Origin: Bacteroidia bacterium
GTDB lineage: Bacteria; Bacteroidota; Bacteroidia; UKL13-3
Direction of reading: 5' to 3'
DNA length: 64,000 bases
NCBI GenBank assembly: GCA_020049855.1
Contig: JAGVLJ010000016.1
Span: 5,603-69,602 of the forward strand
In this document: positions 37,845 through 47,251 of the stretch, piece by piece
Position numbering within the stretch: the stretch's first letter is position 1
Layout: each line of letters begins with the position of its first letter
Notes under the pieces: generated by a model
Database searches by the model: none
Seen by the model: the letters and a program-made list of their open reading frames with translations, nothing else
Told to the model about the DNA's origin: nothing
Position numbers and translations under genes: made by a program

Positions 37845-38722
37845 ATGGCAAAAACAAAAATTATAGGTAGCAGCGAACTCGTATTAAATAAAGACGGATC
37901 CATTTATCACTTACATTTATTACCTGAAGATATTGCTGATATAGTATTTTTAGTGGGCGACCCTGCCAGAGTTAAAAAAGTATCAAATTACTTTGATCGC
38001 ATTGAACTGAAAAAGCAAAAGAGAGAATTCGTAACTCACACCGGATATATAGGAAAAAAAAGGCTCTCTGTTCTTTCTACAGGAATTGGAACTGATAATA
38101 TTGATATTGTAATGAACGAACTTGATGCTTTAGTCAACATTAACTTAAAAGCACGCCTGCCAAATAAAAAAACAAAATCATTGCAGTTAATCAGACTTGG
38201 TACCTCGGGAGCACTGCAAAAAGATATTCCAATAGATTCAATGGTGGTTTCAACTCACGGTTTGGGTTTTGATGGGCTTTTAAATTATTACTTGCTCAAA
38301 TATAAAAAAAAGAAAAAGCTTTACTTCATTCGTTTAATAAATACTTTAACAATGAGCACCTGTTCCCAAAAACTTACCTTGCAAAAGCAAATAAGGAATT
38401 GCTTTCGAAATTGAGTAAAAATCAAATTACCGGAATCACGGCTACCTGTTCCGGTTTTTATGGGCCGCAAGGACGCACTATAAGAGCACCCTTGAAAAAG
38501 TATGATTTGATTGATATACTCGCAGCCTTTCGCCACGGACAAAGCATCATCACGAATTTCGAAATGGAAACATCTGCCATCTATGGCTTAGCTTCAGTTT
38601 TTGGCCATCAAGCCTGCTCGGTAAATGCTATTATTGCTAACAGGCCTAATAAAGTTTTCAGCTCCAATGCGGATAGAAGTGTTGACCGAATGATTAAAAC
38701 GGTAATTGACTTGCTATTGTAG
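37845..38722 (+). pseudogene. Nucleoside (uridine) phosphorylase split by a -1 frameshift at A8G (38304-38312)
   Basis: 5' half SELVLNKDGSIYHL, VGDP.RV and STGIGTDNIDIV; 3' half GFYGPQGR and NFEMET; the halves join in the -1 frame. Could be a pseudogene, recoded, or a sequencing error. Confidence 0.8.
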
Positions 38723-38733
38723 CAGAACACATC

Positions 38734-39666
38734 TTATTGGCTGTTCAATATTTGTAATAACTCATCTAATTTAGGAGTTAAAATAATCTCTGTTCTCCTG
38801 TTTTTCTTACGTGCTTCAGCTGTTTTCGCAGAAGCTACCGGATAAAACTCCCCGCGGCCTGCAGCAACAAAACGTTTAGGGTCAACCCGTCCTTCAACCG
38901 TTAAAATTTTAACTATATTAGTGGCTCTAAGAACACTCAAATCCCAATTGTCTTTAATAACACCTCCGCTAATCGGTACATCATCTGTATGACCTTCCAC
39001 CAGTACATTTACATCCTTTTCTTTATTTAGTGCTTCTGATAGCTTAAGCAAAGCTTCTTTTCCCTTTTCATCCACTTCAATTTTCCCCGATTTAAAAAGC
39101 AATTGCTCCTCAAGTGAAACATATACTTTCCCGTTTCTTATCTCAACAGTAAGACCTTTATCTTTAAAACCCAATAAAGCATTGCCAATATTCGCCTTTA
39201 ATGCCCTTACAGCCGAATCCTTTGCATTTAGTACACTTTGTAATTCATTAATCTTTGCCTGTGAAACTTTGAGATTATCTTCTTGTGCATCCAAATCTTT
39301 CTGCTTCGCGCTAAGTTTTGCATCCAGATCTTTTAAACTGGCAAGCATCTTTTTCTGTTCCACTTCACTCATTTTGCTAAAGTCCCTGAATTTCTCATCC
39401 AGTTCCTGCATGGATTTGGTAGTTCTCGACAAAAGTGTAGCTAACTCTGTTGAATCAACCCTTAGATTTTTAACTTGTGATTCCAGCGAATTAGCCATAT
39501 TGGTTAATGAATCAGTAGAGGACAAAGCCTTTTCCAACCGATCTTTACATTCGGCATTACTTTTCTCGAGTTCCTTCTTGGTAAACTCCAGCGCATCATA
39601 TTTTTTTCGCGAAACGCAGCCAGTAAATACTACTACTGCAGCCAAAGCAATCATCAGCTTTTTCAT
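38734..39666 (-). CDS. OmpA/MotB C-terminal domain lipoprotein with coiled coil
   Basis: Lipobox FTGC; VEGHTD, NWDLSVLRA and NRRTEIILTP. Confidence 0.92.
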   Translation of the reverse strand: MKKLMIALAAVVVFTGCVSRKKYDALEFTKKELEKSNAECKDRLEKALSSTDSLTNMANSLESQVKNLRVDSTELATLLSRTTKSMQELDEKFRDFSKMSEVEQKKMLASLKDLDAKLSAKQKDLDAQEDNLKVSQAKINELQSVLNAKDSAVRALKANIGNALLGFKDKGLTVEIRNGKVYVSLEEQLLFKSGKIEVDEKGKEALLKLSEALNKEKDVNVLVEGHTDDVPISGGVIKDNWDLSVLRATNIVKILTVEGRVDPKRFVAAGRGEFYPVASAKTAEARKKNRRTEIILTPKLDELLQILNSQ

Positions 39667-39691
39667 AAAATCATTTATTTAATTAGAATAC

Positions 39692-41242
39692 TCAGAGTTT
39701 GACCTCTTCGCCATTTTTATCAAAGAAATGGTACTCCGACAAATAATAGGATGAAACGGGCTTAATTTTTATCCACTTACCATACTTGAGAAACCAATTA
39801 AACCGTTTGGATTTGACGCCCTTCTTGAGGTAAGACTCTATGTATGGGTGTACTTGCAGGGTAATAGACCTAATGTTCAATTCTTCATACAGGTACTCCA
39901 TATTCTTTTCAATCTCGTCAACGATCAGGATGCTGGCTGCACTTTGCCCGGTTCCGTTGCACATGGCGCATACCTCAGTTGTAACCACATTTGTCTCGGG
40001 TCGTACCCGTTGACGGGTTATTTGTACCAACCCAAATTGGCTCATAGGAAGAATTTTGTGCTTCGCCTTATCATTTTTCATAGCCTCCTTCAAACGCTCA
40101 TAAACCTGCCTACGATTACCGGCATTCTTTAAATCAATAAAATCAATTACCACAATGCCGCCCATATCTCGCAAACGTAGTTGTCGGGCAATTTCATCAG
40201 CAGCTTCCAGATTTACATTAAGTGCGTTTTCTTCCTGATTTTTTTCAACCACCGTTTTGCCACCACTGTTCACATCAATTACATGCATTGCCTCGGTATG
40301 TTCAATAATGAGGTATGCCCCCCCACTAAGCACTACTTCTTTACCAAAAGCAGTTTTAATTTGTTTCTCTACCCCAAAATGCTCAAAAATGGAAGTTTTT
40401 CCGTGGTGTAGTTTCACAATTTTATCGAGATGTGGTGCAATGGTTTTGATATACAATTTTATTTGCTGAAAAACATACGGATCATTTACATGGATACCTG
40501 AGAAATCGTCATTCAACATATCCCTTAACATGGAAATAAACCGATCACTTTCGCCAAGAATTTTTTGAGGAGGTGATGCTTTTTTAAGTTGCTTGAAAAT
40601 GCTCTCCCATTTATCAACCAAATCATAGTAATCGCGTTCTACGTCCGCAAGGTTAGCCCCCTCGGCCACAGTTCTAACAATTACCCCAAACTGATTTCCC
40701 CGCATACCCTGAAACAATTGCTTCAATCTCACCCGTTCTTCGTTGCGCTTAATCTTCTTAGAAACGGTAATTGAGTTGCTGAACGGAACCAGCACCAAAA
40801 ATCGTCCTGCCAATGATATTTGTGAACTTAATCTAGGACCTTTTGATTGGATAGGTTCTTTTACTATTTGAACAAGCAATTGCTTTTCCTTACCGATAGC
40901 CGCTGTTATTTTACCCGTTTTATCAATGTCCTTTTCAGGTTCAAATTTTGATAAATCGGAAGTTTTAATCCCCCCTCCCTGAACCTGCCTTGTATATTTA
41001 ATAAGGGATTTTATTTGTGACCCTAAATCAAGGTAATGCAAAAAAGCATCCCTCTCATGCCCTACATTTATAAATGCGGCATTTAATCCGGGCATTATTT
41101 TATTCACAACCCCAAGGTAAATATCACCTACCGAAAAATTATTGGAATTCTTTTCCTGATGTAATTCAGTAAGTTTTTTATTTACAGTTAGGGCTATAAC
41201 AACACCCGAAGAGTCGGAACTAATAAATAGTTCACTACCCAC
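39692..41242 (-). CDS. Ribonuclease E/G family (Rne/Rng)
   Basis: S1 domain VGDIYLG...GLNAAF; IDVNSG and IARQLRLRDMGGIVVIDFID. Confidence 0.95.
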   Translation of the reverse strand: MGSELFISSDSSGVVIALTVNKKLTELHQEKNSNNFSVGDIYLGVVNKIMPGLNAAFINVGHERDAFLHYLDLGSQIKSLIKYTRQVQGGGIKTSDLSKFEPEKDIDKTGKITAAIGKEKQLLVQIVKEPIQSKGPRLSSQISLAGRFLVLVPFSNSITVSKKIKRNEERVRLKQLFQGMRGNQFGVIVRTVAEGANLADVERDYYDLVDKWESIFKQLKKASPPQKILGESDRFISMLRDMLNDDFSGIHVNDPYVFQQIKLYIKTIAPHLDKIVKLHHGKTSIFEHFGVEKQIKTAFGKEVVLSGGAYLIIEHTEAMHVIDVNSGGKTVVEKNQEENALNVNLEAADEIARQLRLRDMGGIVVIDFIDLKNAGNRRQVYERLKEAMKNDKAKHKILPMSQFGLVQITRQRVRPETNVVTTEVCAMCNGTGQSAASILIVDEIEKNMEYLYEELNIRSITLQVHPYIESYLKKGVKSKRFNWFLKYGKWIKIKPVSSYYLSEYHFFDKNGEEVKL

Positions 41243-41290
41243 TTTGATTCATATATAAAGTTAACTAGAAGGAAGTAATAACTTAAGATA

Positions 41291-41380
41291 TTACCTCTTC
41301 TTATGCCTGTTTTTTCTTAACCTTTTTTTGCGTTTGTGCGTGGCAATTTTGTGTCTTTTTCTTTTCTTTCCGCTTGGCAT
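41291..41380 (-). CDS. 30S ribosomal protein bS22 (AURKAIP1/COX24/mS38-like); not in the ORF track
   Basis: Translates to MPSGKKRKRHKIATHKRKKRLRKNRHKKR (29 aa); sits between the TPR gene and RNase E/G. Confidence 0.9.
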   Translation of the reverse strand: MPSGKKRKRHKIATHKRKKRLRKNRHKKR

Positions 41381-41384
41381 AGCT

Positions 41385-42209
41385 TTAATTATTTTGAATT
41401 TCTTTAATTAAATCGTCAATTTTATTTTTGGCCTTTTGTTCTTTGGTTAGTGCTTTACACTCTTCAAGCATCATTACAGCCTTTTCCTTTTTACCCAACT
41501 GATTGTATATATCGGCCAGATAATAATAATACTCCGTATTATAAGGCTCTAACCTACGAAGTTTCTCAAAACGATCAGCAGCTTTATCCATTTGCCCTGA
41601 CTGTATGGCAAGCATTCCTAAGGTAAAGGTAGCCTGAACATTATTTGAGTCAGTGGCTAAAACCTCTCTAAGCATTTTTACTGCCAACATAATCTGGGAA
41701 GGGTTTTGAGCTAAACAAAGTGCTAATGAATTCTTTGCATCTAGGTTACTTTCATTAAAAGAAAGAACCTTCTCAAATGATTCGGTTGCCTTGCCTATGC
41801 AAAAAAATATCTCAGCAGAGTCTGTTGCATTTCGCGCGGCCTGTATGTACGCTTTTCCTGCCCTAAGCCAACTATCTTCTGAAGGAGCGGCTAGTGCAGC
41901 TTTAAAATAATAACTCCCTGAAACAGGCCATGCTTTCAGGGAGTCATATAAACTGGCCAATGCCATATAGGCAGAGGCACTACTTGAAGACGATTTTACT
42001 TCCGCCTCAAGCAAATCCACATGTTTCTTTATACCCTCAGGCAAAGAATTAATAACCGTTTGTTCTGCTACTTTCTCATCAAAAGTACCAACATTTCTCT
42101 GTCTGGTTGCTACCTTCTTCACTGAACTTTTATACCCTTTTACAAAAAGTATAGAACAACAGGAAAGAATAATAATCCCTAATAGCAGGGGGCCTTTTAT
42201 TCCCTTCAT
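41385..42209 (-). CDS. TPR-repeat protein with N-terminal membrane anchor
   Basis: Hydrophobic N-terminus; TPR units (LREVL..DSNN.QA...LG...IQSGQ.DKA). Confidence 0.85.
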   Translation of the reverse strand: MKGIKGPLLLGIIILSCCSILFVKGYKSSVKKVATRQRNVGTFDEKVAEQTVINSLPEGIKKHVDLLEAEVKSSSSSASAYMALASLYDSLKAWPVSGSYYFKAALAAPSEDSWLRAGKAYIQAARNATDSAEIFFCIGKATESFEKVLSFNESNLDAKNSLALCLAQNPSQIMLAVKMLREVLATDSNNVQATFTLGMLAIQSGQMDKAADRFEKLRRLEPYNTEYYYYLADIYNQLGKKEKAVMMLEECKALTKEQKAKNKIDDLIKEIQNN

Positions 42210-42228
42210 CGGGTAATGCGAAAAGCCC

Positions 42229-42552
42229 TTAAGCTTTAGCGGCTGATTTTTTTGCAGCCATTGTTTTAACGGTTTCGCTCTTTTTTACTTTGTCAACAAA
42301 GGTCTTAGCCGGTTTGAAAGCAGGAATCCAATGCTCATCAATTACCATTGCCGTATTTTTTGAGATATTACGGGCAATTTTTTTTGCTCTCTTCTTTACG
42401 ATGAAACTTCCGAAACCTCTGAAATACACGTTTTTGCCTTCAACCATTGAATTGCGTACAACTTTAAAAAAAGTTTCAACACATTCTTGAGCGGCCAGTT
42501 TTTCTACTCCTGTTTTAGCAGAGATTTCTGCAATTACTTCAGCTTTTGTCAT
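42229..42552 (-). CDS. HU/IHF family DNA-binding protein
   Basis: MTKAEVI, VYFRGFGSF, ARNISKN and PAFKP. Confidence 0.95.
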   Translation of the reverse strand: MTKAEVIAEISAKTGVEKLAAQECVETFFKVVRNSMVEGKNVYFRGFGSFIVKKRAKKIARNISKNTAMVIDEHWIPAFKPAKTFVDKVKKSETVKTMAAKKSAAKA

Positions 42553-42700
42553 TGTTCTGTAGCTTTTAATTTTTTATAATTCAACTATTTAATAAAAACT
42601 TTTGGTATTAGTTTTTAGGACGGCAAATTTAGTTAAATTTCCATTTAAAAAAACTTTTTCCGCTGAAACAAAATTATTTGAGAATAATTTTGTGCAATTC

Positions 42701-43756
42701 ATGTGCTTCTCTACTCAACTTATTCAATGGTATCGCCAAAACAAGCGTAACCTGCCTTGGCGTGAAACCACAGACCCTTATAGAATCTGGTTATCCGAAA
42801 TAATTTTACAACAAACACGTGTAGAACAGGGACTTCCGTACTTTTTAAAATATGTACAAACATATCCAAATTTATCCGACTTTGCAAAAGCCAATGAAGA
42901 TGAAATCCTTAAATATTGGCAAGGATTAGGCTATTACAGCCGAGCCAGAAATATGTTAAATACTGCTAAACAGATAATTAAATTTCATAATGGGAAATTC
43001 CCGGAAAACTATGCAGCACTGATTCAACTTAAAGGAATTGGACCTTATACAGCAGCAGCCATCGCCTCTTTTGCATTTAATGAAAAAGTAGCCGTAGTAG
43101 ACGGTAATGTATTCAGGGTTTTAAGCCGGTTTTTAGGTATTTACGAACCGATTAACAATTCGGCAGCAAGAAAACTTTTTACCAAAGCTGCTTTAGAATT
43201 AATGAATAAAAAAAATCCTGCCGAATTTAATCAGGCAATAATGGAATTTGGAGCTACACTATGTAAACCGGCTAAACCCGATTGTTCAAATTGCCCAATC
43301 TCATCCGCCTGCTTTGCCTTTTCCAAAAATAAAATCGCAGAACTACCTGTTAAGATTGTGAAACCAATAAAGAGAATTAGGTATTTTAACTATTTGCACC
43401 TGAATGACAGCGGAAATACATTTTTTAAAAAACGGGAATCTAAAGACATCTGGCAAGGGCTGTATGAATTTCCATTGATAGAAACCCCAAAGACAATTAA
43501 CCAAGACGAACTCCTTGAACATCCCGATTTTAAAAAATTGGTTCAAAAAGCGAAAATAAAAATAACAAATTGGCATTCAGCGAAAAAACATATCCTTAGC
43601 CATCAAATTATTTACGCCAGATTTTGGCAGATTGAAATGGTAAAGGGGAATCTAAAGCAGGATAAGGCAATTATTAAGATTTCCGAAGAGAGGCTTGCAG
43701 AGTATCCTGTTCCTCGGATTTTGGATATATATTTGAAAAATAATAATCTAGTTTAG
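42701..43756 (+). CDS. mutY: A/G-specific adenine glycosylase
   Basis: WLSEIILQQT, WQGLGYYSRARN, LKGIGPYTA, VDGNV and the 4Fe-4S Cys motif; start probably ATG 42701. Confidence 0.96.
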   Translation: MCFSTQLIQWYRQNKRNLPWRETTDPYRIWLSEIILQQTRVEQGLPYFLKYVQTYPNLSDFAKANEDEILKYWQGLGYYSRARNMLNTAKQIIKFHNGKFPENYAALIQLKGIGPYTAAAIASFAFNEKVAVVDGNVFRVLSRFLGIYEPINNSAARKLFTKAALELMNKKNPAEFNQAIMEFGATLCKPAKPDCSNCPISSACFAFSKNKIAELPVKIVKPIKRIRYFNYLHLNDSGNTFFKKRESKDIWQGLYEFPLIETPKTINQDELLEHPDFKKLVQKAKIKITNWHSAKKHILSHQIIYARFWQIEMVKGNLKQDKAIIKISEERLAEYPVPRILDIYLKNNNLV

Positions 43757-43774
43757 AATTAATGTTAAATTTCT

Positions 43775-44212
43775 ATGTCAGTTAATAAAGTAATTTTATT
43801 GGGAAATTTAGGTAAAGATCCTGAAGTAAGAAATCTTGAAGGTGGGGCAAAAGTGGTGAAATTTTCATTGGCAACCTCAGAGACATACAAAGACAAAAGT
43901 GGGAACAAGGTTGAACAAACCGAATGGCACAATATTGTTGTGTGGAGAGGTTTGGCTGATATAGCCGAAAAATATCTGCGTAAAGGGAGTTCTGTTTTTA
44001 TTGAAGGTAAAATAAGATCCCGCTCATGGGATGATAAAGATGGTAACAAAAGATACATCACTGAAATTGTAGCCGACAATTTAACGCTTGTAGGAGGGAA
44101 AAGGGATGAGAATTCCGGTGGAAACCCATCTAACGCTAACGTAACAAATGGCGATGTTGGATCTGCAAATCCCACATTAACAAATGACAGTTCTGATGAT
44201 CTGCCGTTTTAA
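43775..44212 (+). CDS. ssb: Single-stranded DNA-binding protein
   Basis: NKVILLGNLGKDPE, TEWH and C-terminal DDLPF. Confidence 0.97.
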   Translation: MSVNKVILLGNLGKDPEVRNLEGGAKVVKFSLATSETYKDKSGNKVEQTEWHNIVVWRGLADIAEKYLRKGSSVFIEGKIRSRSWDDKDGNKRYITEIVADNLTLVGGKRDENSGGNPSNANVTNGDVGSANPTLTNDSSDDLPF

Positions 44213-44236
44213 TGTATAACCTAATTTAGATAAATT

Positions 44237-45595
44237 TTGGAAAGTTACCCGCCTTATCCTTTATCAACTCTACTTTACGTACCCCAATCGGTTTTAAAAC
44301 AGAATATTCCTCCATCAGACTGGGTGAGCGTACTAATAAGTATTATACTAATATTTATTTTTTTAGCATGTGTAGCGGTATTCTCCGCATCTGAAAATGC
44401 TTTTTTTTCTATAAGCCCTGCTACTGTTGATGAATTAAGGCAAGACGATAGCCGATTTGCCAAAGCAACAGTTTTTCTAATGACACACCCAAAGAAACTT
44501 CTGGCTACCTTACTTATAGGAACAAATTTCGTGAATGTGGGTATAGTAGTTTTATCTTCATTCATAATGAATATTTTGTTTGATTTTTCAATTAGCCCTA
44601 TTGCCGGATTTATTTTTCAGGTAGTTATTGTTACCTTTTTGATTGTAATGATTGGGGAAGTGCTTCCTAAAATATATGCGGTACATAACAGCATGAAAAT
44701 GGTTAAACTCATTGCCTCTCCTATTCTTACGCTGAGTAAAGTCCTAAGTCCTCTGGTTTTTATTCTCGAAAAATCAACTTCCATAATTGATAAGCGCATC
44801 ACTAAAAAAGGGCACATGCTTTCGATTGATGAACTTAATCACGCTATTGATATTACCAGCGAAGAAGATGCCCCGGAAGAGGAAAAGGAAATACTCAAGA
44901 GTATTGTAAATTTTGGGAATATAAGTGTGAAAGAAATTATGAGACCACGGATGGACGTGGTGGCATATGATAAAAAAACAGACTTGGCCTCTCTAATCAA
45001 AGAAATCAACGAATGGGGCTACTCCAGAATCCCAATTTTCGAAGGGAACTTTGACCGGATAGTTGGTGTTTTATATATTAAAGATTTACTGCCTCATTTG
45101 GGAAAAGTGAATGACTTGGCTTGGCAAAAGTTAATAAAACCACCCTATTTTGTACCGGAAAGTAAAAAAATAGACGACCTGTTGAAAGAATTTCAGAATA
45201 AACGGGTACATTTAGCTATTGTGGTTGACGAGTTTGGTGGTACAAGTGGCATTGTAACTATGGAAGATATTCTGGAGGAAATCTTTGGAGAGATAAAAGA
45301 CGAATTTGACGAAGACGAATTGTTTTATTCCAAACTTGATGAAAGCAGCTACGTATTTGAAGCAAAAATATCACTAAACGATATGTGCCGATTGATGGAA
45401 ATTGAGGATAATAGTTTTGATGATATAAGAGGTGATGCCGATACATTAGGTGGATTAATTCTGGAGATGACTGGTAAGATTCCTAACCTGAAACAAAAAA
45501 TAGAATACAATCATTTCATATTTACGATTGAATCTGTAGACAAACGAAAAATAAAAAGAGTTAAGGTAGAATTAATTCCGTTGCTTGAAGGATAA
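44237..45595 (+). CDS. gldE: Gliding motility-associated protein GldE (DUF21-CBS-CorC)
   Basis: SASENAFFS, GEVLPKIYA, YSRIP and VVDEFGGTSG; lies between ssb and gldD. Confidence 0.9.
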   Translation: MESYPPYPLSTLLYVPQSVLKQNIPPSDWVSVLISIILIFIFLACVAVFSASENAFFSISPATVDELRQDDSRFAKATVFLMTHPKKLLATLLIGTNFVNVGIVVLSSFIMNILFDFSISPIAGFIFQVVIVTFLIVMIGEVLPKIYAVHNSMKMVKLIASPILTLSKVLSPLVFILEKSTSIIDKRITKKGHMLSIDELNHAIDITSEEDAPEEEKEILKSIVNFGNISVKEIMRPRMDVVAYDKKTDLASLIKEINEWGYSRIPIFEGNFDRIVGVLYIKDLLPHLGKVNDLAWQKLIKPPYFVPESKKIDDLLKEFQNKRVHLAIVVDEFGGTSGIVTMEDILEEIFGEIKDEFDEDELFYSKLDESSYVFEAKISLNDMCRLMEIEDNSFDDIRGDADTLGGLILEMTGKIPNLKQKIEYNHFIFTIESVDKRKIKRVKVELIPLLEG

Positions 45596-45597
45596 CC

Positions 45598-46182
45598 ATG
45601 AGCAGAATTTTTAGCGCATTCATTAGTATTTTGTTAGTTGGGGCTTTTGTTTCATGCGAAGACGAATACATTCCAAAACCAAGAGGCTACAACCGAATCG
45701 AATTTCCGGAAAAATCATACATAACCTATGATTCCATTTATCCATTCACCTTTCAATATCCTGCGTACGCAAAAGTTTTACCGTATCAGGGAAGTGATGG
45801 CCCTCATCCTTATTGGCTAAATATTTATTTTCCTAAGTTAAAGGCTACACTTCACCTTAGTTACCTTGGTATAGAATCGGAAAATGAATTAATAAAAATG
45901 ATTGAGGACTCCAGACGTTTAGTATTTAAACATACAGTAAAAGCCGAAGAAATTATAGAAAACTACCTTGATAAACCGGGCAAATATGGCATTGTTTACG
46001 AGCTTACAGGTTCAACCGCCAGTGCTTTACAATTTTATATAACCGATAGTACCCAACACTTCCTCCGAGGCTCACTTTATTTTAATGTAGCTACCAATCC
46101 TGATTCGGTAGCACCTGTTATCAACTTCATTAACAAAGATGTTGAGCGGTTTCTTGAGAGTTTATCCTGGAAGTTGAAATAA
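45598..46182 (+). CDS. gldD: Gliding motility lipoprotein GldD
   Basis: Lipobox FVSC; PKPRGY.RI, KHTVKA and QFYITDSTQHFLRGSLYF. Confidence 0.93.
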   Translation: MSRIFSAFISILLVGAFVSCEDEYIPKPRGYNRIEFPEKSYITYDSIYPFTFQYPAYAKVLPYQGSDGPHPYWLNIYFPKLKATLHLSYLGIESENELIKMIEDSRRLVFKHTVKAEEIIENYLDKPGKYGIVYELTGSTASALQFYITDSTQHFLRGSLYFNVATNPDSVAPVINFINKDVERFLESLSWKLK

Positions 46183-46189
46183 CTATACC

Positions 46190-46214
46190 TCAGGAAAATA
46201 ATTTCCTGATTTTT
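46190..46214 (+). terminator. Probable intrinsic terminator of mutY-ssb-gldE-gldD
   Basis: TCAGGAAA-ataa-TTTCCTGA followed by TTTTT. Confidence 0.6.
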
Positions 46215-46453
46215 GAACCTAAGCCCAACCGTTATGAAGTACACAATTTTACTTTATTTCGCAACTTGCTTCACCTTCAATTCGCTTAGAATTGCTTAAC
46301 GAATACAACGGCTGATACTATGTACACCTTATTAAAGTGAGGCTTTCCTCCCCATGTAGCATCAAATTCATGTATAGGCATTGCAGCATTATACGGTAAT
46401 AATGTAACGAGGTTAAACTACTGCCAGATGGACTTTCTACCATCTCACTCCAG

Positions 46454-47083
46454 TTAGCATAAGGTAAAAAATTCTGTTTTCTCGTTGGTATGAGATTGGA
46501 TAACACCCACGCTGACTAAGTTCACGAGCATTTTTTGAGCGCGCCACCTCGATATATTTAACAACTTACATGCATCTTTCAGAGTAATTTTTCCTTTTGT
46601 TTCTATGTATTTTAACAGGTCCCTTTCTTTATCGCTGTAGCGAATTACCACACCCTGCAAACTATGCTGCCTTTTTAATACATCTACTACCACTTTACTT
46701 GCCAATAGGCTTTTGTCTTTAACGCGAACATGAACCCACCATTTGCCGGTATCATCTTTGGCGTAATAGGGTTTGTTCTCACCTTCGGGGATTTTTGCTT
46801 CAAGAATTACTTTATTGCCTATTTCCCATTCAATGATTTCAATGCCTATCTCTGGTTTGCAATAAAACCGGACAGCCAGATCGAGCATGTATTTTTCATC
46901 TTCACTTTTAATCCCACAAATCATTTTTTTATCAGTAACCCCTACTAGCAGCGTGCCACCTTTGTGATTTGCAAATGCCGACATTGTTTTGGCTATTTTA
47001 GTGGCCGATGAAATGGTTTGTTTAAAGTCGAGGGTGTCGCTCTCTCCCGCCAGCAATAATTGCTGAATATGCGTAAGACTCAT
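46454..47083 (-). CDS. AlbA_2 (Schlafen-like) domain protein with C-terminal HTH
   Basis: GESDTLDFK, AFANHKGGTLLVGV.D and C-terminal ITLKDACKLLNISRWRA. Confidence 0.85.
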   Translation of the reverse strand: MSLTHIQQLLLAGESDTLDFKQTISSATKIAKTMSAFANHKGGTLLVGVTDKKMICGIKSEDEKYMLDLAVRFYCKPEIGIEIIEWEIGNKVILEAKIPEGENKPYYAKDDTGKWWVHVRVKDKSLLASKVVVDVLKRQHSLQGVVIRYSDKERDLLKYIETKGKITLKDACKLLNISRWRAQKMLVNLVSVGVIQSHTNEKTEFFTLC

Positions 47084-47251
47084 GCGAACAAAGATAAATT
47101 AAAATTAGTAGATGGGACATAGAGGCAAAGGTTACACTTCTCCATTTTGTTCCTGCGTAAAATTAAGTTTTTCCCTTAGCCCCATAAATACTGTCGCTGT
47201 AAGATTTAAGTGCTAACTTTAGTACTTTTGCATCCTTAAAACTGAAAATAA

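Noticed and set aside
38734-39666. Flagellar motor MotB
   Set aside because: Lipoprotein with no MotB TM Asp and no motA or flagellar genes; a common Bacteroidota OmpA-domain protein
43765-44175. Antisense 136-aa ORF over ssb
   Set aside because: Shadow ORF
46234-46457. Gene between gldD and the AlbA gene
   Set aside because: Only a 21-codon signal-like start followed by stops; too degraded to call
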